From NCBI GenBank assembly GCA_050230475.1, contig JBFLGF010000097.1, forward strand, positions 1 through 64,000: 64,000 bases of DNA. Direction: 5' to 3'. This DNA is from Ancylonema sp. Lineage: Eukaryota. The notes beneath the pieces are model-generated. The model ran no database searches. It was not told the origin of the DNA and was given only the letters and a program-made list of their open reading frames with translations. Shown here one piece after another: positions 11,786-24,724 of the stretch. The position numbers were made by a program, and so were the translations under genes. The stretch's first letter is position 1, and each line of letters opens with the position of its first letter.

Positions 11786-14700
11786 ATGCCGCCCCGATCG
11801 TTTTCGGGAATCCGTGCGGGCGGCAACAGTTCAATCCGTGTGCTACTCCTGCTGTCGTTTCTAGCGTCCTTCTATGTCGGTGGCAGGTAAGGAATTTTAG
11901 TTTGATCTCTGCGTACCTTTGTTTTCTTGTGTACGTCAGGGAAGTACGGTAGCTCAAAGGTGCACATTCATCATGCAGTGACAGCTCCAGAAGGCTGTCG
12001 AAGAATGTATCGGGGATCCCGTGGAATTTTGCTCCTTTGTTCACAATTTCTGATCGTGTAGGAATTAACGGCACGAATCGCACTGTGGGATGTGGTATAG
12101 ACTCCTCCCTTACCCCATGATCTTCTCAGATTATGGCAGAATGCCCGAGCCCAGGCCGAATTACTGCAGCTTCTGCAGTCCAAACTAGGGGTAAGAGAAC
12201 TGAAATGCTTTTCGAAACTCTGTGCGAGCACTCTGCGTACGAAACACGACATTTGCGCCCGTTTCGTTTTCTCTTTGTCATTCTGGTCACTGAGCCCCAG
12301 GGTTTAGGGAATGGTGACTCACAGTCCAGTCGGTTACACCATCCCAACCTCCGGAATTTGCGGATGGGGCGGATGCCTGGCGGATGGGATCAGGGTTTGG
12401 GGTGCTGTGTCTCAGAGACGAACGGGTGGGGGGAGGGATGCAGAAACAGGAATCGGTTTCGGTTGACGACAGTCTCAAGATGGTCCAGATGAAGTGAGTG
12501 CTCACCATGGCACCCCCACAGAGGCTGTCCACTTCAGGAATTGCATCCGAATTCCTTCTTGCATCACCGGATTCAAGATCGAGAACACAGTATACAATCA
12601 TGCACAAATCCGAAACCCGAAACCTGAAACCTGAAACCTGGAACCTGAAACCTGAAACCTGAAACCTGAAACCTGAAACCTGAAACCTGAAACCTGAAAC
12701 CTGAAACCTTAAACCTGAAACCTCCGCCATTGCCGTTCCCCCTCCAGAGACCAAGAGCGGCGGCTGTCCTTGCTAGAGATGGAGGTTGTGGCAGCCATGA
12801 GCAAGGGGTATCGGCCGCAGTTCACAGGGCCGGGGGGCAACGTGTCAGCGGGGGCGGCGGCCAGCAAGCGGTTCTTGGTGGTCATCGGGATCAACACGGG
12901 GTTCGGGCAGAAGGCGAGGAGGGACTCCATTCGCCAGACCTGGATGCCCACGGGTGAGGGTTGGGGTTTAAGGGATTGGCTCGCGGGTGTTGAGGGCTCT
13001 GTGGAACAGTATGGGGTTAGAGATCTGAAATCCAGAGATTGGGATTCGAGGATTGAGACTGAGGTTTAGGGTTCGAGGTTCCTGATTGGGTCAGATGTTT
13101 GAGATGTGAGATTTCAGGGGTACGAGTTGCGGAGGTGGTGGCAACGGTGGGTGCAGTGTTCGGAGAGAGAGGTCCCTTGTTGTTCTATGGGGGTCCACTT
13201 CATCTCCTCTCACTGGCTGGTGCTGACAAGGGCCCTTTGAATGATTTGATGGAAGGGAGGGGAGGGGAGGGGAGTATGAAGGGGTGCGAGGTTCCGGGGG
13301 ATTCAAAGTTTTCAGAATCTTTTAGGGTTTTAAGGTTTCGGGGTCGTGGGGTTTTCGGGTTCAGGGGAGAAGCTGAAGAAGCTGGAGGAGGAGCGGGGGG
13401 TGGTGATCCGCTTCACTGTGGGGAGAAGGTGAGGATGAGGAACTCAGAATCAGTAGACTTTGAGGAGGGGGGGCGATCCCCATTTCAAAAAACAGGACTA
13501 CTGAGGTACAGATTTAGATGCACTCACCTTTTGAAGATTGTCATTTGACAGGTGGAAACTGATACCAAGAGGAAGGTGGTTAGGGTTTTGCATGTTTTTT
13601 AGGTTTTAAGAGAGTTGGAGGGTTGAGGGTTTTGGGTTCAGTGCCAACCGTGGGGACATGCTGGATCGAGCGATCGACGAGGAACAGAAAGTGCACAACG
13701 ACTGTCTCATCCTGGTGAGGACCAGAGGCCCCCGCTGCCTCCCAAATGTCGGGACAACGCTCTCGTACGGGGATTTGCTGTCATGACGTGCTTCCGATAC
13801 GTTTCGTTCAGAACCCCGCCACTGACACCATTAATGGGTGACGACGTGGAGACGCGTTTGAATCATTTTTTTGGGATGAGGTGTTGGGGTCCTTGGGGTT
13901 TGGGGTTTTTAAAATTCCCAAATGGATGCTGCTCTGTGTGTCGAGTTCATTCAGATTTGGGCTCCCAAGAGAATCAGAGCTCCGTCTTTTTGTCAACTTT
14001 CACTTTGAGGTCTTCAAGTTTAGGGTTTTTCCGTAATTGTTGTTTTTGGTGCTACCAGAACGAGCACGAGGAGGGGCCTGAGGAGCTCACCAAGAAGGCA
14101 AAAAACTTCATCGCCTCTGCTGCTGCCACGTATGATGCGGACTTCTACATGAAAGTGGACGATGACGTGTACGTCAACCTAGGTTCGCCCCTATCAGATG
14201 GTGGAGGGTGGATGTGAAAGATGTGATGCACAGGAGGCATGGTGTGAGACAGCATACAGACATACATACATGCATGCATACATACATACATACAGACATG
14301 CATGCATGCATACATACAGACATACATACATACATACATACATACAGACAGACATACATACATTCATACATACATACATACATACATACATACATACATA
14401 CATGCATACACACATGCATGCATGCTTACATACATGCATGCATGCATACATACATACAGACATACAGGCATATATACATACATACATACATACATACATG
14501 TGTGTATGTAACTATTTGTGTATGTATAGACGTATGTACGTCCGTATGTATGTATGCATGTATGTATGCATGTATGTATGCATGTATGTATGTATGCATG
14601 TATGTATGTCTGTGTTGTAAACGTTTGTATGTATGTATGTGTGTATGTATAGCAGTACACATGCCTGTTTGTACGTGCATGCATGTGTGTGTGTGTGGAC

Positions 14701-15108
14701 AGGATAGGAGTGAATGCCTCCATGCTCACACACATGCCTCCACCCGGGTATCGAATTTTCAGACGCGTTGATCCGGTTACTGACGTCGCACGCGGACAAG
14801 CCGCGGATCTACATCGGATGCATGATATCGGGGGAGGTGTTCAGTGAACCGTAAGGGTGCCGATGAACTCAGACTCCTCTGTTTCAATACTCTGGTTTTT
14901 TGTTGTTTGAATTCCCCTGGAAAATATCGATGCAGTCATTATAATGATCACTATGAAATCAAGTAGTATTATCATGATAAAAAATCATATTTATTTTTTT
15001 ACATTATTATTACCAATAATAATGATAATTATCAGCTATTACAGTTATGATTGTTATAAAAATGATGATAACCTTTATTCATTGCATCTGCGACATCATC
15101 TCTAGTAT

Positions 15109-15171
<63 letters not shown>

Positions 15172-17200
15172 GTACACACACACACACATACATATTTGTA
15201 TTTATATATATACATACATGTTTATGTATATATATACATACATATTTATATTTATATGTGTATACATATATTTATATATATCATATATATCTTTATAACC
15301 ATTATCATTGATATTATTGTTAATGATAATATGTTTATTATCATTATCATCATTCCCATCACTTTTATTCTTATTTATTTTATCATCACTGTTCCATTTC
15401 TATTCGAATAGAACAAGTCTTCTGATCAACTAAACGATTTTATCCTTACCCACCATTTCAGCCATACCTAACCCCTCCCAAAACGAGTCGCACACCCACA
15501 CCTCCCCATACCCACCCTTTCTCTTTTCTTACCCCCCTACCCCCCCAGGACTCAGCGGTNAGGGGCGATCCCCATTTCAAAAAACAGGACTACTGAGGTA
15601 CAGATTTAGATGCACTCACCTTTTGAAGATTGTCATTTGACAGGTGGAAACTGATACCAAGAGGAAGGTGGTTAGGGTTTTGCATGTTTTTTAGGTTTTA
15701 AGAGAGTTGGAGGGTTGAGGGTTTTGGGTTCAGTGCCAACCGTGGGGACATGCTGGATCGAGCGATCGACGAGGAACAGAAAGTGCACAACGACTGTCTC
15801 ATCCTGGTGAGGACCAGAGGCCCCCGCTGCCTCCCAAATGTCGGGACAACGCTCTCGTACGGGGATTTGCTGTCATGACGTGCTTCCGATACGTTTCGTT
15901 CAGAACCCCGCCACTGACACCATTAATGGGTGACGACGTGGAGACGCGTTTGAATCATTTTTTTGGGATGAGGTGTTGGGGTCCTTGGGGTTTGGGGTTT
16001 TTAAAATTCCCAAATGGATGCTGCTCTGTGTGTCGAGTTCATTCAGATTTGGGCTCCCAAGAGAATCAGAGCTCCGTCTTTTTGTCAACTTTCACTTTGA
16101 GGTCTTCAAGTTTAGGGTTTTTCCGTAATTGTTGTTTTTGGTGCTACCAGAACGAGCACGAGGAGGGGCCTGAGGAGCTCACCAAGAAGGCAAAAAACTT
16201 CATCGCCTCTGCTGCTGCCACGTATGATGCGGACTTCTACATGAAAGTGGACGATGACGTGTACGTCAACCTAGGTTCGCCCCTATCAGATGGTGGAGGG
16301 TGGATGTGAAAGATGTGATGCACAGGAGGCATGGTGTGAGACAGCATACAGACATACATACATGCATGCATACATACATACATACAGACATGCATGCATG
16401 CATACATACAGACATACATACATACATACATACATACAGACAGACATACATACATTCATACATACATACATACATACATACATACATACATACATGCATA
16501 CACACATGCATGCATGCTTACATACATGCATGCATGCATACATACATACAGACATACAGGCATATATACATACATACATACATACATACATGTGTGTATG
16601 TAACTATTTGTGTATGTATAGACGTATGTACGTCCGTATGTATGTATGCATGTATGTATGCATGTATGTATGCATGTATGTATGTATGCATGTATGTATG
16701 TCTGTGTTGTAAACGTTTGTATGTATGTATGTGTGTATGTATAGCAGTACACATGCCTGTTTGTACGTGCATGCATGTGTGTGTGTGTGGACAGGATAGG
16801 AGTGAATGCCTCCATGCTCACACACATGCCTCCACCCGGGTATCGAATTTTCAGACGCGTTGATCCGGTTACTGACGTCGCACGCGGACAAGCCGCGGAT
16901 CTACATCGGATGCATGATATCGGGGGAGGTGTTCAGTGAACCGTAAGGGTGCCGATGAACTCAGACTCCTCTGTTTCAATACTCTGGTTTTTTGTTGTTT
17001 GAATTCCCCTGGAAAATATCGATGCAGTCATTATAATGATCACTATGAAATCAAGTAGTATTATCATGATAAAAAATCATATTTATTTTTTTACATTATT
17101 ATTACCAATAATAATGATAATTATCAGCTATTACAGTTATGATTGTTATAAAAATGATGATAACCTTTATTCATTGCATCTGCGACATCATCTCTAGTAT

Positions 17201-17263
<63 letters not shown>

Positions 17264-18749
17264 GTACACACACACACACATACATATTTGTATTTATATA
17301 TATACATACATGTTTATGTATATATATACATACATATTTATATTTATATGTGTATACATATATTTATATATATCATATATATCTTTATAACCATTATCAT
17401 TGATATTATTGTTAATGATAATATGTTTATTATCATTATCATCATTCCCATCACTTTTATTCTTATTTATTTTATCATCACTGTTCCATTTCTATTCGAA
17501 TAGAACAAGTCTTCTGATCAACTAAACGATTTTATCCTTACCCACCATTTCAGCCATACCTAACCCCTCCCAAAACGAGTCGCACACCCACACCTCCCCA
17601 TACCCACCCTTTCTCTTTTCTTACCCCCCTACCCCCCCAGGACTCAGCGGTGGCATGAACCGGAGTGGTGGAAATTTGGAGACGCAAAATAGTAACCCCC
17701 CTCCCCCCTCCCACTTTCTTCATTTATTTGACTTTCCCATTCAATACGCGAATCATCTTCTGGCTCCACCTCATGATGGGCTATGTGTCCTCTCCGCTAA
17801 AACCTCGTCAGTGTCACACCTTGTTTGTGTCACACCTTGTTTGTGTCACACCTTTGAGCCTCGATTGCTGGATAAGAGATTTAGGCACTAGAGTCCCCAA
17901 CCATTCCAGCTGTCCCCTCCCCCTATCTTGCAGTTACATTCGCCATGCTACAGGCCAGGTGTATGTCCTTTCTCGGACCATGGCCCTCTACGTCGCGATC
18001 AACATGTAAGAGGTCGTTCTATTGCATGCAAATGATGAGAGAAAAATCATGGTTTTCAAATTTCGGGATGACTCACGTGGGAGAAACGCCCAAAGTTGGA
18101 TCTTTGAACGTCCTCTGATCATAAAATTCAGACATGAAAATGTAGACATTTCCTCACTCGCCTTTTGTCTAGCGTCTATAAATGCCCCCCCCCTCCCCTT
18201 CCTATCGGCAGACAACTTTTGCACGAGTATCGAAATGAAGACGTGTCTCTCGGGTCGTGGATGTTGGGGTTGGATGTGGATCACGAGGATGAGAGGAGAC
18301 TTTGCTGCCCAAGTCCGCCCGATGGTGAGGGGATGGGGGGATGGGGGGATGGATGTGTGTCGTGCATCTTGGTGAGGGAGGGAGGGAGGGTCAAGTTAAC
18401 ATTCCGTATTTTTGCAATGAGTGAGGGTAACAACGTTTCGTTTTTGTCACATTTGTGGAATGTCTTCGGTATGGAGACATTACAAAATACCGTTTTGAGT
18501 CATGGGGGAGGAGCGTTGGACACGGCGTTGACGTTACCATTCGACCCCTACCATCACCTTCAAACGTGCACAAATTGACGGATTGGTTGGTCGGTTGTTA
18601 TTTATTGGTGCGTGAGCTCAGGCGAATGCAGCAAACGCAGGGCTGCGTCTGATTCGTGCGTAGCCGTCTTCGACTGGCGGTGCGGCGGGTTGTGTAGATC
18701 GGCCGACCGGATGCGCAGTGTGCATGACGCATGCGGTCCCAAAAGCTAA
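11786..18749 (+). CDS. GT31 beta-1,3-galactosyltransferase, hydroxyproline O-galactosyltransferase (HPGT)-like, 12 exons (exons 6-8 appear twice because of a duplicated contig)
   Basis: Exons 11786-11886 (TM ..[15 protein letters not shown]), 12130-12190 (LWQNA..), about 12444-12493 (SVDDSLK), 12748-12953 ([23 protein letters not shown]), 13365-13428, 13642-13714 ([12 protein letters not shown]), 14059-14182 (DxD motif [13 protein letters not shown]), 14763-14850 (YIGCM), 17641-17691 ([11 protein letters not shown]), 17934-18005 (RHATGQVY), 18212-18324 ([13 protein letters not shown]), 18622-18749. Confidence 0.88.
12610..12723. repeat. (GAAACCT)n heptamer tandem repeat, telomere-variant-like, in GT31 intron
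   Basis: Tandem gaaacct units ending shortly before an acceptor. Confidence 0.95.
13469..17651. repeat. Apparently identical 2.09-kb tandem duplication around N15560 (probable assembly artefact)
   Basis: 13469-15559 recurs at 15561-17651 (offset 2092); the ORF track is identical in both copies. Confidence 0.9.
14255..14695. repeat. (TACA)n followed by (TGTA)n compound microsatellite; (TA)n tract at about 15112-15290; both repeated at +2092
   Basis: Seen directly; the strand switches near 14498. Confidence 0.9.
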
Positions 18750-20228
18750 GAATAGGTCGGGATGATGAGTAGACATCGTAGCGATTGATCAATAATATTG
18801 ATCAGTGTGTAAAGTGGTACTAGGGTAGCCAATCTTGAAGCGATACTTAGAAGTGGTTTTTTGGTATTTTTTATGAATTAAACACATTCTTCACAGAATC
18901 AAGACGCGAGCTTTGTGACTCTCGCGTTTTCAGAGTCTGCAAGTCAATGTAGGACTTAGGTTTTTGGGGTTTTTTGGGGATTTTTTTTCGGGTTTTTTTT
19001 TGGAATATCGTGAAACGCAAAACACAAACGCCATCCTATCTCTTTTTTTATATGTGGATCAAGGAATGAATGCCATGATGCCTCATAAATTTCTTTATGT
19101 TGTTGTGGTATTACAACCTGAAATCAGAGTTCAAGTGTTCTGAGTGAGATATGTCAACCTAGCGAAGTTCCGTTATCAAGGCTAGGCACAACTAGCCATT
19201 GTGACGCTCTTTGTTGCATTCATATACACAATTAAGAGACATGTGTTGCACCACTGTCAGGACTTGCCATCGAAGAATTGAAGGCATGAGGGGCGATACC
19301 GTAAGCTTCATCATAAAGCTTGCCGTGATTCTTACTTTTGTTCTGTTAAGAGTGGTATGAGCTTAATGAGATGATGTCTACTCTAAGCTACAACGCACAT
19401 CTAAATACGTGCCAACGAGTCAAAATAGTTCATTGCTTCTTCACGCGTTTTGGAAGACATGCATGGTGATTGCCTCTAGCGGAAGTAAATCCTCAAAATC
19501 TGACGAAATATTAGTATGACAACTCAATTTGTAGGGAGTTCTTGATTTTAAACTGATCACACGCACCCTCTTGACTCCATGTGTACTTCTAGGTAGCTGT
19601 CCCAAACCCAAAAATATGCATTGCGTCCATACAACCTCCTCTAAATTTACAGTATACAAATAATCTCACTCACATCTCAACCCTCAGCGGGCCACTCATA
19701 TGCTTTGCTCAGCTTCTCTTCCTATCACTCCTATAGTACATAGACCTCGTAGTGCGCACACAATAAACAATCTGACAAGCCCACACCCTTCTCGAGGCAC
19801 CTGCCCACCCTCCACCCATTAGTGGCATGTGGACCCTCCATGGTCCAAACCTCCATCTCACACGCTCATCATTTTCGACAAGCGTGGTGGAGAGAACGCT
19901 GCAAACAAAGAGGCCCCACACCCAAGCCCTTCAAATTTAGAACCTCCGACTCTCCTCTCCTCCATCATGTGCTTCACGAAGGGCTGGATATGTTTAAACA
20001 GTAAAAGAAAGGGATGCAGGGACCTCCGTCACAATCCATTTCATTTGGTTCCTGTCTTTGGATACCTCACCCTCTCATCGTCTCCCTCATATACTCTTTA
20101 TCCTCTCTCCTGACTAGTTGTTAATAAAGTGTAGCAAGCTTCTTCGGGAGTGCCTTGCTACTCATTCTGCGGGCACTTCTACATTGTCTCACCTGACCTG
20201 CTCTACCTCAGATCTGATCACTAGGTGC

Positions 20229-22075
20229 TCATGTTCTACGAGTAAATAATGTATTTGATTTTACATTGATGTGCCAGTCACACATTTTTTTCCGTTCTTG
20301 ACTCGAGGCTGCGGCACCAACGACGCCTTGTTGGGGCAAACAAAACAAAACAGAGAGTTTAAGAAAATTTAGAAGCCAAGGTTGCGAACTTTGGGTCCAA
20401 GCCACCCTACCTTGCTCCTCCTCCTCCTCCTCCTCCTCCTCATTGGCTTGCTGTGTGGCAGCATGTGCAGCAGGTGTCTCGTAGTCCTCCCCATCCGAAA
20501 GCAACTTTTCTCTGCAGATGGCTGCAGCTGTAGACCGCTTCACCTTGCCTTGGTTGATAAGCAGCAGCTGATTCTCAATGAGAGCCTCCTCCAGCTCCGA
20601 GAAGACATCGAAACAAAGCAAACATTCAGTGGAACGAACTAGTGAATCTGTTCAACAAATGTCTTGTCCGACTTCCTGAGCATAGCACCTGCTAACATCG
20701 CAGATGCAGAATATCAAAACAACTCATGCATCACCTGCATCTATATATTTGTCACACTGTTGAAGTGCACAGAAGCGTTTTTTTGCCTAAAATTATTGTG
20801 GAAAACTCGTAATTTTCATCCCCAGGCCACTGGTTGCAGCGACGTTGTCCTCAGGACGCAACAACCAACCTATTCTCCGCAAGATTCGTCTTTCCTACCG
20901 CTGCCTATTATTTGGTGCCCTTTAGATTAGGTTCATACCTCAAATAGGCTTTGTAACTCCGCAGCTCGAGCGCTTGCAGCAGCAGCTGCCAGCATCGCAT
21001 CTTCTGCTTTCCTCTGCATACGTGGCAACAAACGAAGCAAATTCTTTTCCGATGCTGTGAGTTGTGACGCCTGGTAGTCTACTGTACACAAAGTGGACTT
21101 TAAAAACACAGCATGGGATCACTCGGAAAATTCTTGGCGACTGTATAAGCACACCACGTGGAAATGATCTGTTGTGGTGCTGTGGTCCGATCGCTCAAAC
21201 TCTGACCTTCCTGAGACATTTCATATGGCTTGTGCCTCACTTTCTGAAAATCGACTTGCGCTTGCAGCTGCCGAAGCTCGTCCCCGTGCACCTGCTTCAA
21301 CTCTTCCAGCCTCACGCTGTACTGTTGAAGGTACGGAAGGTCAAGTTGCAACTGGATCGGATTTGGCCTGCGCAGATTCAGATGGTCATCCGCGGAAATT
21401 CATCGCACTGCCAGCATATCGTACCAGAGTTGAGCCAGCTGGCAAGACGACTGCCTCCGTGATTCATGTGTTGAACTCAATATTCGAGGAATCGGGCATG
21501 CTCTGTCCGAGAAGGATCGTGTGTGGATGAATCACATGGCGATAATTAGCCAGTCAATGTGCAGCGCTATAATATCGATCGGATTTTAGTCTTGAAGAGG
21601 TGGCCACACTTCTCGATATTATTTCGAACAGGTCTAGTGCTGGAGCATCTGGTATTATTATTATACGTGATACAAGAACCGTTTCCTTACAATAGTGCCG
21701 GAATCGAGCTGCCTCTGGAGTGTGTCCGTGCGTCATTTGCTGCCTGTGTAAGAATGACCAATGGTAAATTCCAGCCAGCTACACCGAACGATAGAGCACC
21801 TCTGATAGCACCTCTCAAAAATAAATGAGACTCCCCATCTATGTTCACTCCCAGACCACCTAACCAACTCCCGATATATGCCCCTAATGAAGCGCAAAGC
21901 AGACTGTTTGGAAGGATCACCAGCCTCGTCAACAACTCGTCCATTCTATCTGACGATCAGGAGCAAAGAGTCCTCATATGCGTGCTATGCCTCTAACCTG
22001 TCGCCTTCCTCCGGGAGCGCCCTCAGCGCACAACGTGCATCGCAAGTCAATAAATTCCTTTCCGGTTGCCCCATT
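20229..22075 (-). CDS. Tentative multi-exon gene of unknown function, coiled-coil-like
   Basis: AG..GT-bounded open segments on the minus strand: PIQLQLDLPYLQQYSVRLEELKQVHGDELRQLQAQVDFQK|gtgag (about 21237-21370) and SEKNLLRLLPRMQRKAEDAMLAAAAASARAAELQSLFE|gtatg (about 20939-21055), plus an acidic ORF at 20229-20621. The full model is not resolved. Confidence 0.3.
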
Positions 22076-22719
22076 CCAACTTCTTTGCTTCTTCTGTGGC
22101 AGAGGATGGATGGCAGAGGATGGATGGAAGGCGTGGCAGCGTTAAAATGCGAGCCTAGTTAGACAAAAGTCAATCGCCAATGGACGCCCTGTTTGGTTTG
22201 TTTCTGCCAATGGGGAATTGCCACGAAGCATTGCTGAGCCTGTCACTGTGTCTACTTCAGAGGGCGACATCTGGAGGCTGCTCGGTTAACACAAGACTCC
22301 CAGACCATTTGCTTTTTCGAGCAGATTTTTGGTCATCCGAACGTCTTCGGAACCGAAGCGGTTCGGCTGACGTCCGGAAAAAAACTTCGGGACAAACTCC
22401 GAAAGTCCGGAAAAGGCGTAGCAACTTCATACGATTTTCTTTGTACTACAATAATTCGTGGGCAGGTACACATGGTAACTCACCAGCCTTCATCACAATG
22501 GTATACGAGGAGCATACGTGAGGATGTCATGCCTCCTTTCTTGGTATGACAAAACACACGTTTTCTATTAGGTGTTGTCGTGCTATCTAGTATCGCCTAC
22601 ACGCACACGTGTAAATCACCGTTATAGCGAACAAAATCACACGCGCTACCGCACTACCAAACATATCGCCACGTGTCTCCCAAATGTGTGATCACATCTA
22701 ACACCGCATGCCACCTCAC

Positions 22720-24724
22720 ACGTGCGAAGAGGGGGCCTGTATGCGCCTCAAGGAAAGCAGCGCTACCGTACTGAAGACCTGACCATTACAAGCTCAACAT
22801 TCTCACGACGGACAGGAGCCAGAGAGGCATGGGGGCGGTGCTCAGCCAATTGGACGGAGAGATGGTGGAGTACCCTGTGGCGTATGCGACACGCAGCTAC
22901 AACTCGTCAGAGCAAAATTATAGCTCCTTCGACAGGGAGTGCTTGGTGGTGGTCTGGGCTACAACGCACTTTCGGCACTACCTATTCGGCAACTCTTTCA
23001 CCTCGTCACGGATCACGAGCCCTTGCGCCGGACCCTTAACACTCAGAAGCTGACAAGAAAGCAGGCGAGGTGGAGCTTGCTGCTGCACAAGCACGACTTC
23101 ACGGTGGTGCATTGGGCGGGGACAGAGAACGCCAACGTTGAATGCCTTAGCCGGCACCTCCTCCTTGCAACCCACGGCGCGCCCATTCTGGATTGGAATC
23201 GGGGCGACTACAACGAGGCGCCAACGTCATATTTCGCCATGACGGCAGATGTGGCAGCCTCTCCCCTCATTGACCCTAGTGAGAGGGAGGTCTGAGAGGA
23301 CACCCGGGTGTTGAGGTTCTTGGAGACGCTTAAGTACGGCCTAGGCCTGAGTGTTCTATCAAGGGACCGGATATATTGGTGGGCGCGCTCTTACTGATGG
23401 ATGGGGAGCGACCCGTTCAAGTTTTTACAGCGGGGCGTCATGGTGGTGTTGCCACGGCTAGCAGCAAAGGAGGACATCGCGTTGGACACGCATCGGGGGA
23501 GGGGTCATTTCGGCGTCGAGCGGGTGCTAGACCGCATTCAGAAGAACTACTGGTTGCGTGGGATGGACGACACGGTGGTGGTGGTGGTCAAGGCGTGCCT
23601 TTCATGCGCACGCGTCATAGTTGGATATCGGGAGTCATGAAAGGAGCTGTAGCCCTTACCGATTCGGGGGCTTGGGTACCAATGGGGGGTTGAATTTGTT
23701 GGGCCATTAGAAAAAAACACGGCGGGTAATCAATGGGTGATGGTGTGTATTGGACACTTCACTAAGTGGGTTGAACTCATCCTACTCCCCTCAAAATCTT
23801 CTAAGGACTCGGCGCGGGGACCCTTGGAGGGAGTTCTTAGCCACTATGGAGCTCCTTGGGAAGTGCTCACGGTCGAGGATAGAGAGTTCATGGGGGAGTT
23901 TCAATATCTGCTAGCACAACACAAGATCGTTCATGCGCTAGCGTCGAGGGAGCATCCTTAGTCTGACGGGCTGGCGGAGAGAATGGTTTAGACCATGAAG
24001 AGAGCGCTCCGCAAGTGCCTCCTAGATGGGGGGGGGAAGGATTGGGACGAACTACTGCCGTACGTCGCCATGGGTTGCAGGATGTCCAAGCGGAAGGCGG
24101 TTGGCTACTCTCCCTACTTCCTCATTTTTTGGGAGAGATCCCATCTTCTAATCGCGCCTCCAAAACTTGAAGGAGGAGGAACTAGACCTTGTCGCAGCGA
24201 CCACGCACCTACAGGTCTTCCCGGACCGGAGGGGGCAGGCGTTTAGGATGGTCATGTCGCTGGCAATGCGCAATCTGGCCGTTGTGCAACAACGTGACGA
24301 GGGGCGGTACAGGCTCGTGAGAGGTGGTGGCTGGGACCACCCGAAGGTGTCTTTCAAGCCCGGGGACTACGTGTTGCTCAAGAAGAAGACCAAGCACACT
24401 TTGGACGTCCCTGCGCGACCCCACATTCTACGAGTGGTGGAGGTTAAGAACTCCGGGGTGGCGGTGCTGGAGGGGAGTGATGCGGTCAGAATAGAGGAGC
24501 ACTCGAAAAATGTTGCACACAACTCTCTCCTAATTCTGGATCACAACCGTCACCAAGAGCGGTTCTATAGGGGGGCTACGATGCATTGGCGTGTCTGTGG
24601 GCGCCGGAGTAGGCCTCGCTACATGTTACTATGGGACAGCTGCAACTAGGGGTACCACCTATGGTGCTTGGAGCCGCAGCTGGAGAGAGTGCCCGAGGAT
24701 GGCTAAAAATGTCCTAGGCATTAA
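22720..24724 (+). mobile_element. Degenerate Ty3/gypsy pol (RNase H - integrase - C-terminal PHD finger)
   Basis: RNase H (MGAVLSQ..PVAYATRSYNSSEQNYSSFDRECLVVVWATTHFRHYLFG..TDHEPL); integrase HHCC (HRGRGHFG..YW..CLSC); core (HFTKWVEL..GLAERM..WDELLPYVAMG..GYSPYFL); PHD-like tail at 24581-24724. Many stops and frameshifts. Confidence 0.9.

Noticed and set aside
14145..17503. Many ORFs such as MYVCMYVC.. and HTYIHT..
   Set aside because: Translations of TACA/TA microsatellites.
13469..17651. Internal exon duplication creating a two-DxD GT31 enzyme
   Set aside because: The copies appear base-identical, including microsatellite lengths, and abut a single N; this is typical of an unmerged contig overlap.
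19700..20110. Possible decayed L1-type LINE 3' end on the minus strand (Trp-rich fragments)
   Set aside because: Too degenerate to support without a profile search.
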